64,000 bases of DNA from Bacillales bacterium UBA4045 (lineage in GTDB: Bacteria; Bacillota; Bacilli; Paenibacillales; UBA4045). The stretch is taken from positions 13,139 to 77,138 of the forward strand of contig DFZX01000090.1 of the NCBI GenBank assembly GCA_002383695.1, given 5' to 3'. Each line of letters begins with the position of its first letter. Position 1 is the stretch's first letter. The position numbers and the translations under genes are program-made. Below are positions 29,407-38,139 of the stretch, piece after piece. The notes below the pieces were generated by a model, which was not told the origin of the DNA, made no database searches, and saw only the letters and a program-made list of their open reading frames with translations.

Positions 29407-30192
29407 ATGGATTTAAAGCTGCGTGATAAACGAATGGTGATTACTGCTGCCAGCAGAGGACTAGGAAGAGCAATCGCTGAACAGCTAGCCATGGAGGGAG
29501 CTTCATTAGTCATATGCAGTCGAGGTGAAGAAGCTATTCAACAGACAGCGAAAGATCTAAGAAGCCGGTACGGGGTCGACGTTCTGGCATTAGTAGCTGA
29601 TGTTAGTAATCCAGAGCATCTCAGACGTATGATTACACAGACCGAAGAACAATATGGTAAGGTGGATGGACTGGTCTGTAATGCGGGTGGTCCTCCTAGT
29701 GGAAGCTTCTTAACCTTAGATGATGAACAATGGGAGAAAGCATTCCAGACTACGTTAATGAGTGTAATCCGTTTAATCCGGGGTTATTATCCTCTGATGC
29801 AGGAGCATGGGGGGCGGATTCTAACTATTGCTTCATCATCAGTTCGCATACCGATTCCAGGCTTAATCTTATCGAATGTGTTTCGGACTGGCATTTCCGG
29901 CTTAATGAAGACGTTATCTCAAGAGCTTGCTAACGATCAAATTCTTGTCAATACCATCTGTCCTGGACGCATTGCGACCGATCGTTTATCAGAGCTCGAC
30001 CAAGCTAGAGCAGTTAGAGAGCAACGCTCGTTTGAAGAAGTGCGGCAAGCCTCCGAGAAGGAGATTCCACTTGGGAGATACGGAACACCTGCAGAGTTTG
30101 CTACATTGGCAGCATTCTTACTATCTGAAGCCAATTCATATATGACGGGTTCTGTATTCATGGTAGATGGTGGTTTGGTTAAAACATTATAG
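29407..30192 (+). CDS. SDR-family oxidoreductase
   Basis: 261 aa, Rossmann motif ITAASRGLGRAIA, NAGG. The canonical YxxxK is not evident by eye. Confidence 0.8.
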   Translation: MDLKLRDKRMVITAASRGLGRAIAEQLAMEGASLVICSRGEEAIQQTAKDLRSRYGVDVLALVADVSNPEHLRRMITQTEEQYGKVDGLVCNAGGPPSGSFLTLDDEQWEKAFQTTLMSVIRLIRGYYPLMQEHGGRILTIASSSVRIPIPGLILSNVFRTGISGLMKTLSQELANDQILVNTICPGRIATDRLSELDQARAVREQRSFEEVRQASEKEIPLGRYGTPAEFATLAAFLLSEANSYMTGSVFMVDGGLVKTL

Positions 30193-30197
30193 GAGAG

Positions 30198-30590
30198 GTG
30201 TGGAGAATTGTGGAAGAGCAACGTGGAGGAACGATTCGAATCTCTGATGACGTAGTGGCAACCATTGCAGGATTAGCGGCATTGGAGACTTCTGGTGTAG
30301 CAGCAATGTCAGGTGGAATATCTGAGGGTCTTGCTAAGCGTATTAGCGGGAAAAATGTACATAAGGGAGTTTCTGTCGAGGTTGGTGCTGAGGAGACAGC
30401 TGTAGACCTACGTATCATTGTTGAATACGGAAGTAAAATCCACCAGGTATGCCGGATGCTTCAAGAGAACGTTAAGGATTCTCTTGAAGCAATGACTGGC
30501 TTACGAGTGGTCGAGGTTAATGTAAAGGTTGAGGGAGTGGCTTTCAAGGAGAAGGATGAGCTCGATCTAGATTTGACGAAGATAAAGTGA
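30198..30590 (+). CDS. Asp23/Gls24 family envelope stress protein
   Basis: GTIRISDDVVATIAGLAALETSGVAAM N-terminal signature. GTG start (30198 or 30210). Confidence 0.8.
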   Translation: MWRIVEEQRGGTIRISDDVVATIAGLAALETSGVAAMSGGISEGLAKRISGKNVHKGVSVEVGAEETAVDLRIIVEYGSKIHQVCRMLQENVKDSLEAMTGLRVVEVNVKVEGVAFKEKDELDLDLTKIK

Positions 30591-30591
30591 T

Positions 30592-31752
30592 CTAAGAGCT
30601 AAGTGTATCTGTGTAATTCTTATTCTTCTCTACCTTACTATTCTCGCGCGATATACTTAACAATATGCCTACAGCGAACATCGTTGATAATAATGAAGTT
30701 CCTCCATAACTAATAAAGGGTAGAGTAACCCCGGTGATTGGGATTGCCCCAATCACTCCGCCAATATTGATCAATACTTGGATACTAATCATACCTACAA
30801 TACCAATACCCACGAGCGTCCCAGTCACATCACTACATCGTAATGCTACCAGAAGGCCTCTCCAGATGAATAGGAGATATACGAACAGGAATAACGAAGC
30901 CCCTATGAAGCCAAGCTCCTCTCCTATAATGGCAAAGATAAAGTCATTGTGAGCAAAGGGTAGATAGTGAAGCTTCTGGATGCTCTGACCAAAGCCAGCA
31001 CCTGTGAGTCCTCCATGTCCGAGGGCGTACCAGGATTGGATAAGCTGATGGCCTGAGAATAGAGGATCCTCCCATGGGTTCATGTAAGAGGTCAGTCTTC
31101 GCAAGCGATAGCTCGGCTTATTAGTGAGCTCCGCAGTCCACATCTCTATCAGTATCGCTGCAATGAATATACTTGTTGCTATGCCTATTAGCCACAATAT
31201 GTGTTTTTTCCTTGCGCCACCTACAATGATGACCAACGAGGCCGTGATCAATAGAATCACAGTAGAGCCAAGATCTGGCTGCAGCATAATTAAAAAACAA
31301 ACTAACCCCACCATAATGAGCAGTGGCATGAGTCCTGTCTTAAAGTCCTTAAGCTTCTCACCCTTCCTACCAATCATGACAGAGAGGTAAAGGATGATCC
31401 CAATCTTAGCAAATTCAGTGGGCTGTCCTCCGAAGGGTCCGATATCGAACCAGCTTTTTGCACCATTCCTTACCTCTCCGACCATTAAAACTAGTATCAA
31501 GAGAGTCAAGACGAACAAAAAGAAAGGTACGAATAGCTTTTTCACCTTCTGATAGGAGGTATTCATCGTTAAGAACATAACAAATGTTCCGATTATTGCC
31601 CATAAAGCCTGACGTTTTGTGTAAGAAAGTGGATCATCTTGAAAGGTAATGCTGTAGCTTGCGCTAAAAACCATTACTAGACCGAAGCCGATCAGAGCAA
31701 TAGTAAGAGATAATAGAAAAAAGTCTGGTGTTCCTCTTTGAGGGGGATTCAT
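30592..31752 (-). CDS. SEDS family peptidoglycan polymerase (FtsW/RodA/SpoVE)
   Basis: 386 aa, about 10 TM segments, QPDLG, HNDFIF, GEELGFIG and PFISYGGTS motifs. The position after ylaN mirrors B. subtilis ftsW. Confidence 0.9.
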   Translation of the reverse strand: MNPPQRGTPDFFLLSLTIALIGFGLVMVFSASYSITFQDDPLSYTKRQALWAIIGTFVMFLTMNTSYQKVKKLFVPFFLFVLTLLILVLMVGEVRNGAKSWFDIGPFGGQPTEFAKIGIILYLSVMIGRKGEKLKDFKTGLMPLLIMVGLVCFLIMLQPDLGSTVILLITASLVIIVGGARKKHILWLIGIATSIFIAAILIEMWTAELTNKPSYRLRRLTSYMNPWEDPLFSGHQLIQSWYALGHGGLTGAGFGQSIQKLHYLPFAHNDFIFAIIGEELGFIGASLFLFVYLLFIWRGLLVALRCSDVTGTLVGIGIVGMISIQVLINIGGVIGAIPITGVTLPFISYGGTSLLSTMFAVGILLSISRENSKVEKNKNYTDTLSS

Positions 31753-31774
31753 GGTTGAACCACGGTTCCTTAAG

Positions 31775-31800
31775 TTTAGATTTAGTTTAGTTTAGTTTTA
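31775..31800. repeat. pentanucleotide (TTTAG)n tract across the stop codon of the YugN-like gene
   Basis: tttag a tttag tttag tttag tttta read directly. Encodes ...KTKLN* on the minus strand. Confidence 0.9.
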
Positions 31801-32126
31801 AGATCGACTAATTTTTGTGTTGCTGCTTTCATAATGTGTGCTGGAATAGGAGAAGTATAGTCTAAACCATGTGGGAAAGTAGCGCGCCCTATATATGAAT
31901 CTTCTATAGCTAGAATCGCATATGGATTTTCTAATTTACCTTCAACAGCCCGTGTACTAATGCGAAGGAAATATTCTTCTCCCTGCTGCTTATCTTCAAA
32001 TTTACAATCGTAGGTAGCTCTGTAATTTTCCCACTGCCAACGTATGAATCCTAATCCTGTGGTTACATCGTCCAGGTGGCCTAATTCACTCTTTACACCG
32101 TTCAAGCCAGTATTCTCAATAATCAT
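31782..32126 (-). CDS. YugN-like family protein (114 aa)
   Basis: Pattern ENTGLNG...GF.RWQWENYRATYDCKF resembles B. subtilis YugN; from memory. Lies 29 nt upstream of the SEDS gene on the same strand. Confidence 0.55.
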   Translation of the reverse strand: MIIENTGLNGVKSELGHLDDVTTGLGFIRWQWENYRATYDCKFEDKQQGEEYFLRISTRAVEGKLENPYAILAIEDSYIGRATFPHGLDYTSPIPAHIMKAATQKLVDLKTKLN

Positions 32127-32232
32127 GGATTTTCGTCCCCAATCGAATAATTTTGTGAAGTGTGTGCTTCATCACTCTCTTCCTTCATGATAGTATGTTT
32201 GCAGGGGATGTGCAAGCGGTTTGAACTGGTTA

Positions 32233-32286
32233 TTGACTTGTGTTTGCTGTATTGTAAAATTTATGAACGTCTAATTGTCACAATTA
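32233..32286 (+). promoter_or_regulatory. candidate promoter (TTGACT-16-TAAAAT) plus perfect 7-1-7 palindrome TAATTGTcACAATTA (32272-32286)
   Basis: Hexamers and palindrome read directly. The palindrome lies between the -10 and the GAGGAG ribosome-binding site of the M20 gene. Confidence 0.45.
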
Positions 32287-32303
32287 TGAGGAGACCTATC
32301 CCT

Positions 32304-33491
32304 ATGAAAAATCGGATTCATGATATGGATCTATATTATGCAGATATGATACGTTACCGACGTCAGCTACATGAGTTTCCAGAGCTGAGCTATCACGAGC
32401 ATCAAACCTCAGCCTTTATCCGATCCAAATTAGAGAGCTGGGGTATAGAAATTATTAATGGAACACCAGGTACAGCCGTAATAGGGCGATTAACGAGTGA
32501 GCAATCAGGACCAACTGTAGCCTTGAGAGCAGATATAGATGCATTACCGATCCATGATCAGAAGGAATGTGCTTATGCATCTAAGGTATCAGGTGTTATG
32601 CATGCGTGTGGTCATGATGCACATACAGCTACATTGTTAGCACTCGCTCACTGGTTTACAGATCATTCTGATGTGTGGATAGGCCAAATTCTGTTCATCT
32701 TTCAGCATGCTGAGGAGGTCTGCCCAGGAGGTGCGGCAAGCATTGTAAGCTCAGGTGTTCTAGATGATGTAGATGTCATCTATGGTGTACATCTATGGAC
32801 GCCATTCCCTGTTGGTCACGTTTATGGAGCACCTGGACCGGTTATGGCCGCTGCAGATGAATTTGAGATCGTAATCACCGGCAAGGGCGGACATGGAGGA
32901 TTACCTCATACCGCTATTGATAGCATACTTATTGGCTCACATCTGGTGGTCAATATACAAGCTATTGTAAGTCGGACTGTAAATCCGATTGAACCCTGTG
33001 TAATTTCAGTGGGCGTGATGCAAGCAGGTACTGCATTTAACATCATAGCTGACCAATGTTATATGTTAGGTACTGTACGTACTTTTGATGAGGATGTAAG
33101 ACTTGAAGTCCGAGCACGATTGGCACACATTGTCAGAGAGACTGCGGCTATGTTTGGTGCACAGGCTTCACTGGATTATCGAGATGGGTACCCATCTGTT
33201 GTTAATGATAATAAGGAGGCCAAGAGATTTATGGATACGGCCACAGCTGTGTTCGGTAAGGAGCAGGTGCATGCTGCACCTCAAATCATGGCTGCGGAGG
33301 ACTTTTCCTATTACTTGCAGAAATTCACAGGTTGTTATATGTTCGTCGGTGCTGGTAATGAAGAGAAGGGGATTATCTATCCTCACCATCATCCTAAATT
33401 TGATATTGATGAAGAGGCGATGCAACACGCTGCTATATTGTTAGGTGCTATGACTTTGGAATTCATGCAGGAATTCGAATCGGGAATTTAG
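32304..33491 (+). CDS. M20-family amidohydrolase (N-acyl-amino acid / N-acetyl-diaminopimelate deacylase-like)
   Basis: ATG at 32304, 10 nt after GAGGAG. Motifs LHEFPELSYHE, ALRADIDALP and MHACGHDAHTA. Confidence 0.85.
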   Translation: MKNRIHDMDLYYADMIRYRRQLHEFPELSYHEHQTSAFIRSKLESWGIEIINGTPGTAVIGRLTSEQSGPTVALRADIDALPIHDQKECAYASKVSGVMHACGHDAHTATLLALAHWFTDHSDVWIGQILFIFQHAEEVCPGGAASIVSSGVLDDVDVIYGVHLWTPFPVGHVYGAPGPVMAAADEFEIVITGKGGHGGLPHTAIDSILIGSHLVVNIQAIVSRTVNPIEPCVISVGVMQAGTAFNIIADQCYMLGTVRTFDEDVRLEVRARLAHIVRETAAMFGAQASLDYRDGYPSVVNDNKEAKRFMDTATAVFGKEQVHAAPQIMAAEDFSYYLQKFTGCYMFVGAGNEEKGIIYPHHHPKFDIDEEAMQHAAILLGAMTLEFMQEFESGI

Positions 33492-33585
33492 GTGGCGATT
33501 TCGTATACTCTGATGTATGGAAGAGCTTCGTTTGGGATAATCTATTCTCAAACCAAGTCCATATTCTAGAGGAGGACCCTAACAA

Positions 33586-34026
33586 ATGAAGAAGCTTCAG
33601 GATATCATGACCAAGGATTGTGTCACCATAACAAAGCAAGATAATATCTTTGAAATTGCAGTGAAAATGAAGGAGCATGATATTGGTTTTATACCTATTG
33701 TAGATGGTAAGAAATTAATCGGTGTCGTGACTGATCGTGATCTTGTTCTTCGTGGATATGCAGATAAACGTTCAGGCTCAGGAAGTGTCGAGGAAGTAAT
33801 GACGAATACTCCCATTACAGCAACACCTGAAACAACTGTGGAGGAAGCGGCACGAATAATGGCAGACAAGCAAATTCGTCGCTTACCCGTCATACAGAAT
33901 GGAGAATTAGTCGGTGTTATTGCTATTGGCGATTTAGCTGTCCATAAATTCTCCGAGGAAGAAGCGGGTCAAGCACTAAGTGAGATATCTGAGAAGCACA
34001 AAGAAACAGTTGGCTCTTCAAGTTAA
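33586..34026 (+). CDS. CBS-domain pair protein (YlbB-like)
   Basis: 146 aa, two CBS repeats (GFIPIVDGKKLIGVVTDRDL; RRLPVIQNGELVGVIAIGDL). Confidence 0.85.
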   Translation: MKKLQDIMTKDCVTITKQDNIFEIAVKMKEHDIGFIPIVDGKKLIGVVTDRDLVLRGYADKRSGSGSVEEVMTNTPITATPETTVEEAARIMADKQIRRLPVIQNGELVGVIAIGDLAVHKFSEEEAGQALSEISEKHKETVGSSS

Positions 34027-34102
34027 CCATTGTTAAAGAATGGGGATTACCTTTATTGGTAATCCTATTTTTTATAACCAAAACCATGTTAGGAGGAGTA
34101 CA

Positions 34103-35800
34103 GTGAACGAATTATCGAATCGACCTATCATTGTTCAGAACGACTTTACTGTACTTCTAGAAACCGACCATCCAGAAATTGTGCATATTCGTCACTCATT
34201 AGGTAGGTTTGCACAGTTATTGAAGAGTCCTGACCATCTTCATACCTATCGAATTTCTACAATTTCTTTATGGCAGGCTGCTGCATCGGAGATGGAAGTT
34301 GATGAGATTATGGCTTTATTAATAAATTATGGGAAATATAATGTGCCTGCATCCGTTCAAGAATTTATATCTCGCATGATGTCACGTTACGGTAGTTTGA
34401 GATTAGAGCAGGGTGAGCCATACCTACGGCTAGTTGCATCGGATTGGCAGATGATTCGAGAGGTCAATCAAATCGCAATGATCAAAGCTTATCTGCGAGG
34501 TCAGATTAATGCGTTAACCCTTGCAGTCGACCCTATACACCGTGGGGATATCAAACGGGAGCTATTAAGGGCTGGATATCCTGTTATAGATGCGGTTGGA
34601 TACCTAGATGGAGAGTCGTTGCCTTTGAGATTAAACCAATCGGAAGAAGCTAGTTTACCCCGCTTGAAGCTTAGGGATTATCAACGAGAAGCGGTAGATC
34701 AATTTTATCTGGAAGGAAGTATTCACGGAGGTAGTGGTGTTATTGTTCTCCCGTGTGGGTCAGGCAAAACGTTAGTTGGAATAGCTGCTATTGAAAGATT
34801 AAACTGTGCTACTCTAATTCTAACGAGTAATGGAACATCCGTGAAACAGTGGAAGAGAGAGCTTTTGGAGCGGACAGACGTGGATGCAGATTGGATAGGT
34901 GAATACACGGGATCAACAAAGGAAGTAAAACCAATTACCATCGCAACCTATCAAATCTTAACTTATCGTAAGAATAAGCAAGGTCCCCTGATACATATGG
35001 GTTTATTCAATGAAAGAAAATGGGGACTCATTATTTATGACGAGGTCCATCTATTGCCTGCTCCTGTATTCCGAATGACAGCCACCATACAAGCAACCCG
35101 GAGATTAGGACTAACTGCTACATTAGTTAGAGAGGATGGTCAGGAGGAGGACGTGTTCTCTCTAATTGGACCGAGGAGGTATGAACAGAGATGGAAAGCC
35201 TTGGAGCATTCAGGTTGGATTGCAAGTGCTGAGTGTATAGAAATTGTGGTCCCTCTTCAAGATGAGGTTCGGCATCAGTATGCGCTAGCAGCTCGTTCTG
35301 CCAAGCATCGTATTGCGGGAGAGAATTCCGAGAAAATTCAAATCGTTCAGCAACTGATAACCTTTCATGCTGGAAGCCAGATTATCGTGATTGGGCAGTA
35401 TATCAAGCAATTACAAGAAATTGCAAGTGAGCTGCGTGCACCATTGATTACTGGTAAGGTATCGCAAAAGGAGCGAGAGCTAATTTTTCAACAATTTATT
35501 AAGGGTGAGATTCGAGTGATCGTAGTTTCAAAGGTAGCGAACTTTGCTATTGATCTTCCTGAAGCTAATGTAGCTTTACAGATTTCCGGTAGCTTTGGTT
35601 CTAGACAAGAAGAAGCGCAACGATTAGGAAGGATTCTTAGGCCTAAGAAAAAGGATAATCATGCGTACTTCTATACGCTCGTAACTGAAGGTAGCTGTGA
35701 AGTGGAATTTGCCCGTCATCGACAGCTTTTCTTAGTCGAGCAAGGCTACACTTATCGCCATCAAAGTGTAAATCAAACCACACAAAGGGTTCAATTATAA
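34103..35800 (+). CDS. XPB/ERCC3-type SF2 DNA helicase (565 aa)
   Basis: GTG 5 nt after AGGAGGAG. Walker A PCGSGKT, DEVH box, GLTATLVRED (XPB RED motif) and QRLGRILR (motif VI). Confidence 0.85.
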   Translation: MNELSNRPIIVQNDFTVLLETDHPEIVHIRHSLGRFAQLLKSPDHLHTYRISTISLWQAAASEMEVDEIMALLINYGKYNVPASVQEFISRMMSRYGSLRLEQGEPYLRLVASDWQMIREVNQIAMIKAYLRGQINALTLAVDPIHRGDIKRELLRAGYPVIDAVGYLDGESLPLRLNQSEEASLPRLKLRDYQREAVDQFYLEGSIHGGSGVIVLPCGSGKTLVGIAAIERLNCATLILTSNGTSVKQWKRELLERTDVDADWIGEYTGSTKEVKPITIATYQILTYRKNKQGPLIHMGLFNERKWGLIIYDEVHLLPAPVFRMTATIQATRRLGLTATLVREDGQEEDVFSLIGPRRYEQRWKALEHSGWIASAECIEIVVPLQDEVRHQYALAARSAKHRIAGENSEKIQIVQQLITFHAGSQIIVIGQYIKQLQEIASELRAPLITGKVSQKERELIFQQFIKGEIRVIVVSKVANFAIDLPEANVALQISGSFGSRQEEAQRLGRILRPKKKDNHAYFYTLVTEGSCEVEFARHRQLFLVEQGYTYRHQSVNQTTQRVQL

Positions 35801-37644
35801 TGAGTATACACATTAATGATGTTAATAGTTTAGATGATAAAGTATTATCCGTCATTGTACAACGTTTTGGAGCCTATTTATTCGACATGAATTCGTTACT
35901 TCGTTTAGATATAAAAGAGGTGTATGCTAAGTCTGATTTGAAGCTTGCTTTATTGCGTTTATGTAAGAATAGTAAAGTAAATTGCCTCCGCAAGATTGCA
36001 GGTGAACAGGTATATTGTGTGCCTTATAAGGTTTATTTCGAACAAATGACAAGAATCTCAATGGATATTCTGCCCTATCTAGAGCCTAAAGATGATTTTG
36101 TAGATCATAGCGAATCAACAAAATCGGATATCATTATGGATCTAATCATCCTGTTCGGATGGGTGGGTCGGGAGCAGCCAAAGATGAATAAGAAGGGACA
36201 GATTGATAAGAAACTAATCGAATCGATGCTTACACACATTCATTTAACACCTGAGGCTCTTACTGGTCTTGTCGGAAAGGGAACGACAAAGGTATCTTAT
36301 CCGATTGTTATAGGTATTCTACTTGATCTTGGTTTGAGATTAGGTGCGATTCAACTGGCGGATGGACAGTTTATATTGAATGATTTAAGAGTTACACAAT
36401 GGCTAGGGATTGTTTCTTCTAAAGAGAGATTAGACTTATTTCACCTCTGGTTTAGTGTGCATTATCCTGAGCAACACATAGTCAGACAGCTCTTCGTACT
36501 ACTCCCTTTACTTCCTTATGCACATTGGTTCAAGGTTGATCATTTATTTAAAGAGATCGAGCTTAAACTAAAAAAGATTGAAATGGAAGAGTCGAACGAG
36601 GTAACCAAGCTAGATCTGGATTTGGATATGTTACTCCAAGCAGTTCAAGAGCTGGGCTGGGTAAAGCTCGAACAAGACAAGGATGGCAATCGTGTGATTT
36701 GTTCTCTGATTGGCACACAACAATCTAGATTTGATGAGAATCAAATTGTTTATTGGTTTGTACAACCCGACTATGAAATCATTGCGCCCCTACAAGTGAA
36801 TTATTCTGATCATTATCAATTTAACATCTATGCAAAATTACAATCACGCAATTTGATGTGCTCTTATAGCATTACGAAGGAAAGTATGTTTGCGGCATTC
36901 GATCAAGGGTGGACACCGGATAAAGTGATGAAGCATCTGGGAAGCTGTGCTCGATACGGTATTCCAGAAACTATTCAGACCCGTATACGGGAATGGGATC
37001 AGCAATATAGGGGTGTACAGCTAGAATCAGTTACAATCCTGAGGTGTGATACAGTAGTCATAGCCGAACAATTGATGTCATTCCCCGATGTCGATAGCAT
37101 TCTTAATGAGCATAGTAGAATAGGACCTATGACATTCTTAATACCTGAAGAACATGTAAGCTTTACTCATAAGAAGATGAATGAATATGGATATCGAACG
37201 AATGCAGCGCACAGAAGGAGCATAGCAAGTCACTCTACGACATCCACATCCAATGATGAGGTGGGAGGCTTAGGCATTTATCATTCTAAAATCCGTTATG
37301 ATATGTATACAGAGGTTGAACCAAATCTGACTATCGAATCTCTGTATCCAGGCTTCGCAGAAATCCCAAGTGGTTGGATGAATATGTATGTGTCGTATCA
37401 TATCTCAACTCGTATACAGCTTTTACAGCAAGCTATTGATTGGCAATGTTATGTGATGACTCTTTATGCAGGTGAGGATATTCTGCTCGCTCCAAATCAG
37501 ATTACGTCGGTGGATTCGATACCACATGTTGAGGGTTTATTCCGTGGAGAAAAGCTCTATATTGGCTTAGATCAGCTAGAATTGATACGTTTAATTGTGC
37601 CCGGTTTTCATGATGCTACAAAATACATGTCAACAACGGATTAA
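35800..37644 (+). CDS. helicase-associated protein (XPB partner; Helicase_C_3-like module), 614 aa
   Basis: Start in a TAATG overlap with the helicase. No NTPase motifs. A central segment parallels the helicase N-terminal module (see findings). Confidence 0.6.
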   Translation: MSIHINDVNSLDDKVLSVIVQRFGAYLFDMNSLLRLDIKEVYAKSDLKLALLRLCKNSKVNCLRKIAGEQVYCVPYKVYFEQMTRISMDILPYLEPKDDFVDHSESTKSDIIMDLIILFGWVGREQPKMNKKGQIDKKLIESMLTHIHLTPEALTGLVGKGTTKVSYPIVIGILLDLGLRLGAIQLADGQFILNDLRVTQWLGIVSSKERLDLFHLWFSVHYPEQHIVRQLFVLLPLLPYAHWFKVDHLFKEIELKLKKIEMEESNEVTKLDLDLDMLLQAVQELGWVKLEQDKDGNRVICSLIGTQQSRFDENQIVYWFVQPDYEIIAPLQVNYSDHYQFNIYAKLQSRNLMCSYSITKESMFAAFDQGWTPDKVMKHLGSCARYGIPETIQTRIREWDQQYRGVQLESVTILRCDTVVIAEQLMSFPDVDSILNEHSRIGPMTFLIPEEHVSFTHKKMNEYGYRTNAAHRRSIASHSTTSTSNDEVGGLGIYHSKIRYDMYTEVEPNLTIESLYPGFAEIPSGWMNMYVSYHISTRIQLLQQAIDWQCYVMTLYAGEDILLAPNQITSVDSIPHVEGLFRGEKLYIGLDQLELIRLIVPGFHDATKYMSTTD

Positions 37645-37690
37645 ATTCATGATATGATACAGTTAGTTTGGAGAAAGGTGGGGTTATGTA

Positions 37691-38137
37691 ATGAGTGTTA
37701 TGGAGAAAACTGCACTAGACATGGCTGCCGTTCTAATGAAAGCCTACCATCTAGGTGATATGATTAATGGTTCCGCCGAGATAGCGGATTATCTGTATTG
37801 GAAAGACTTCTTGGATCAAGATCCTGAAGTGAAAGATTTGGTTGCGAAGCTAGAGCGTAAGAAGGAATTATTCGACGAGTGCCAACGATTTGGACATTTC
37901 CATCCGGATTATCACAGAGCATTGGATGAAGTGAAGGAAATTGAGCTGCAGCTTGAAAAAATTGAATCTGTAGCCCAGTTCAAGGCTGCTGAAACAAGGC
38001 TTGATGAGCTGCTATATGAGATATCTACGACGATTGCTTATGCAGTTTCGGATACAATTAAGGTTCCAAGCAACAATCCTCTTCCTAGTGAAGGTGGCTG
38101 TAGCACAGGTGGAAGCTGCAGTGGTAGCTGTGGATAG
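37691..38137 (+). CDS. ylbF: YlbF/YmcA family regulator
   Basis: 148 aa helical protein with a Cys/Gly/Ser-rich tail GGCSTGGSCSGSCG. Synteny with ylbG. Confidence 0.78.
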   Translation: MSVMEKTALDMAAVLMKAYHLGDMINGSAEIADYLYWKDFLDQDPEVKDLVAKLERKKELFDECQRFGHFHPDYHRALDEVKEIELQLEKIESVAQFKAAETRLDELLYEISTTIAYAVSDTIKVPSNNPLPSEGGCSTGGSCSGSCG

Positions 38138-38139
38138 CT

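Noticed and set aside
32160-32303. Long N-terminal extensions in the ORF track (838, 5304, 19966, 32160, 34040, 42753, 47046, 58193, 60719)
   Set aside because: In each case an internal start with a proper Shine-Dalgarno matches the expected family N-terminus. The extension overlaps the upstream gene or a promoter region.
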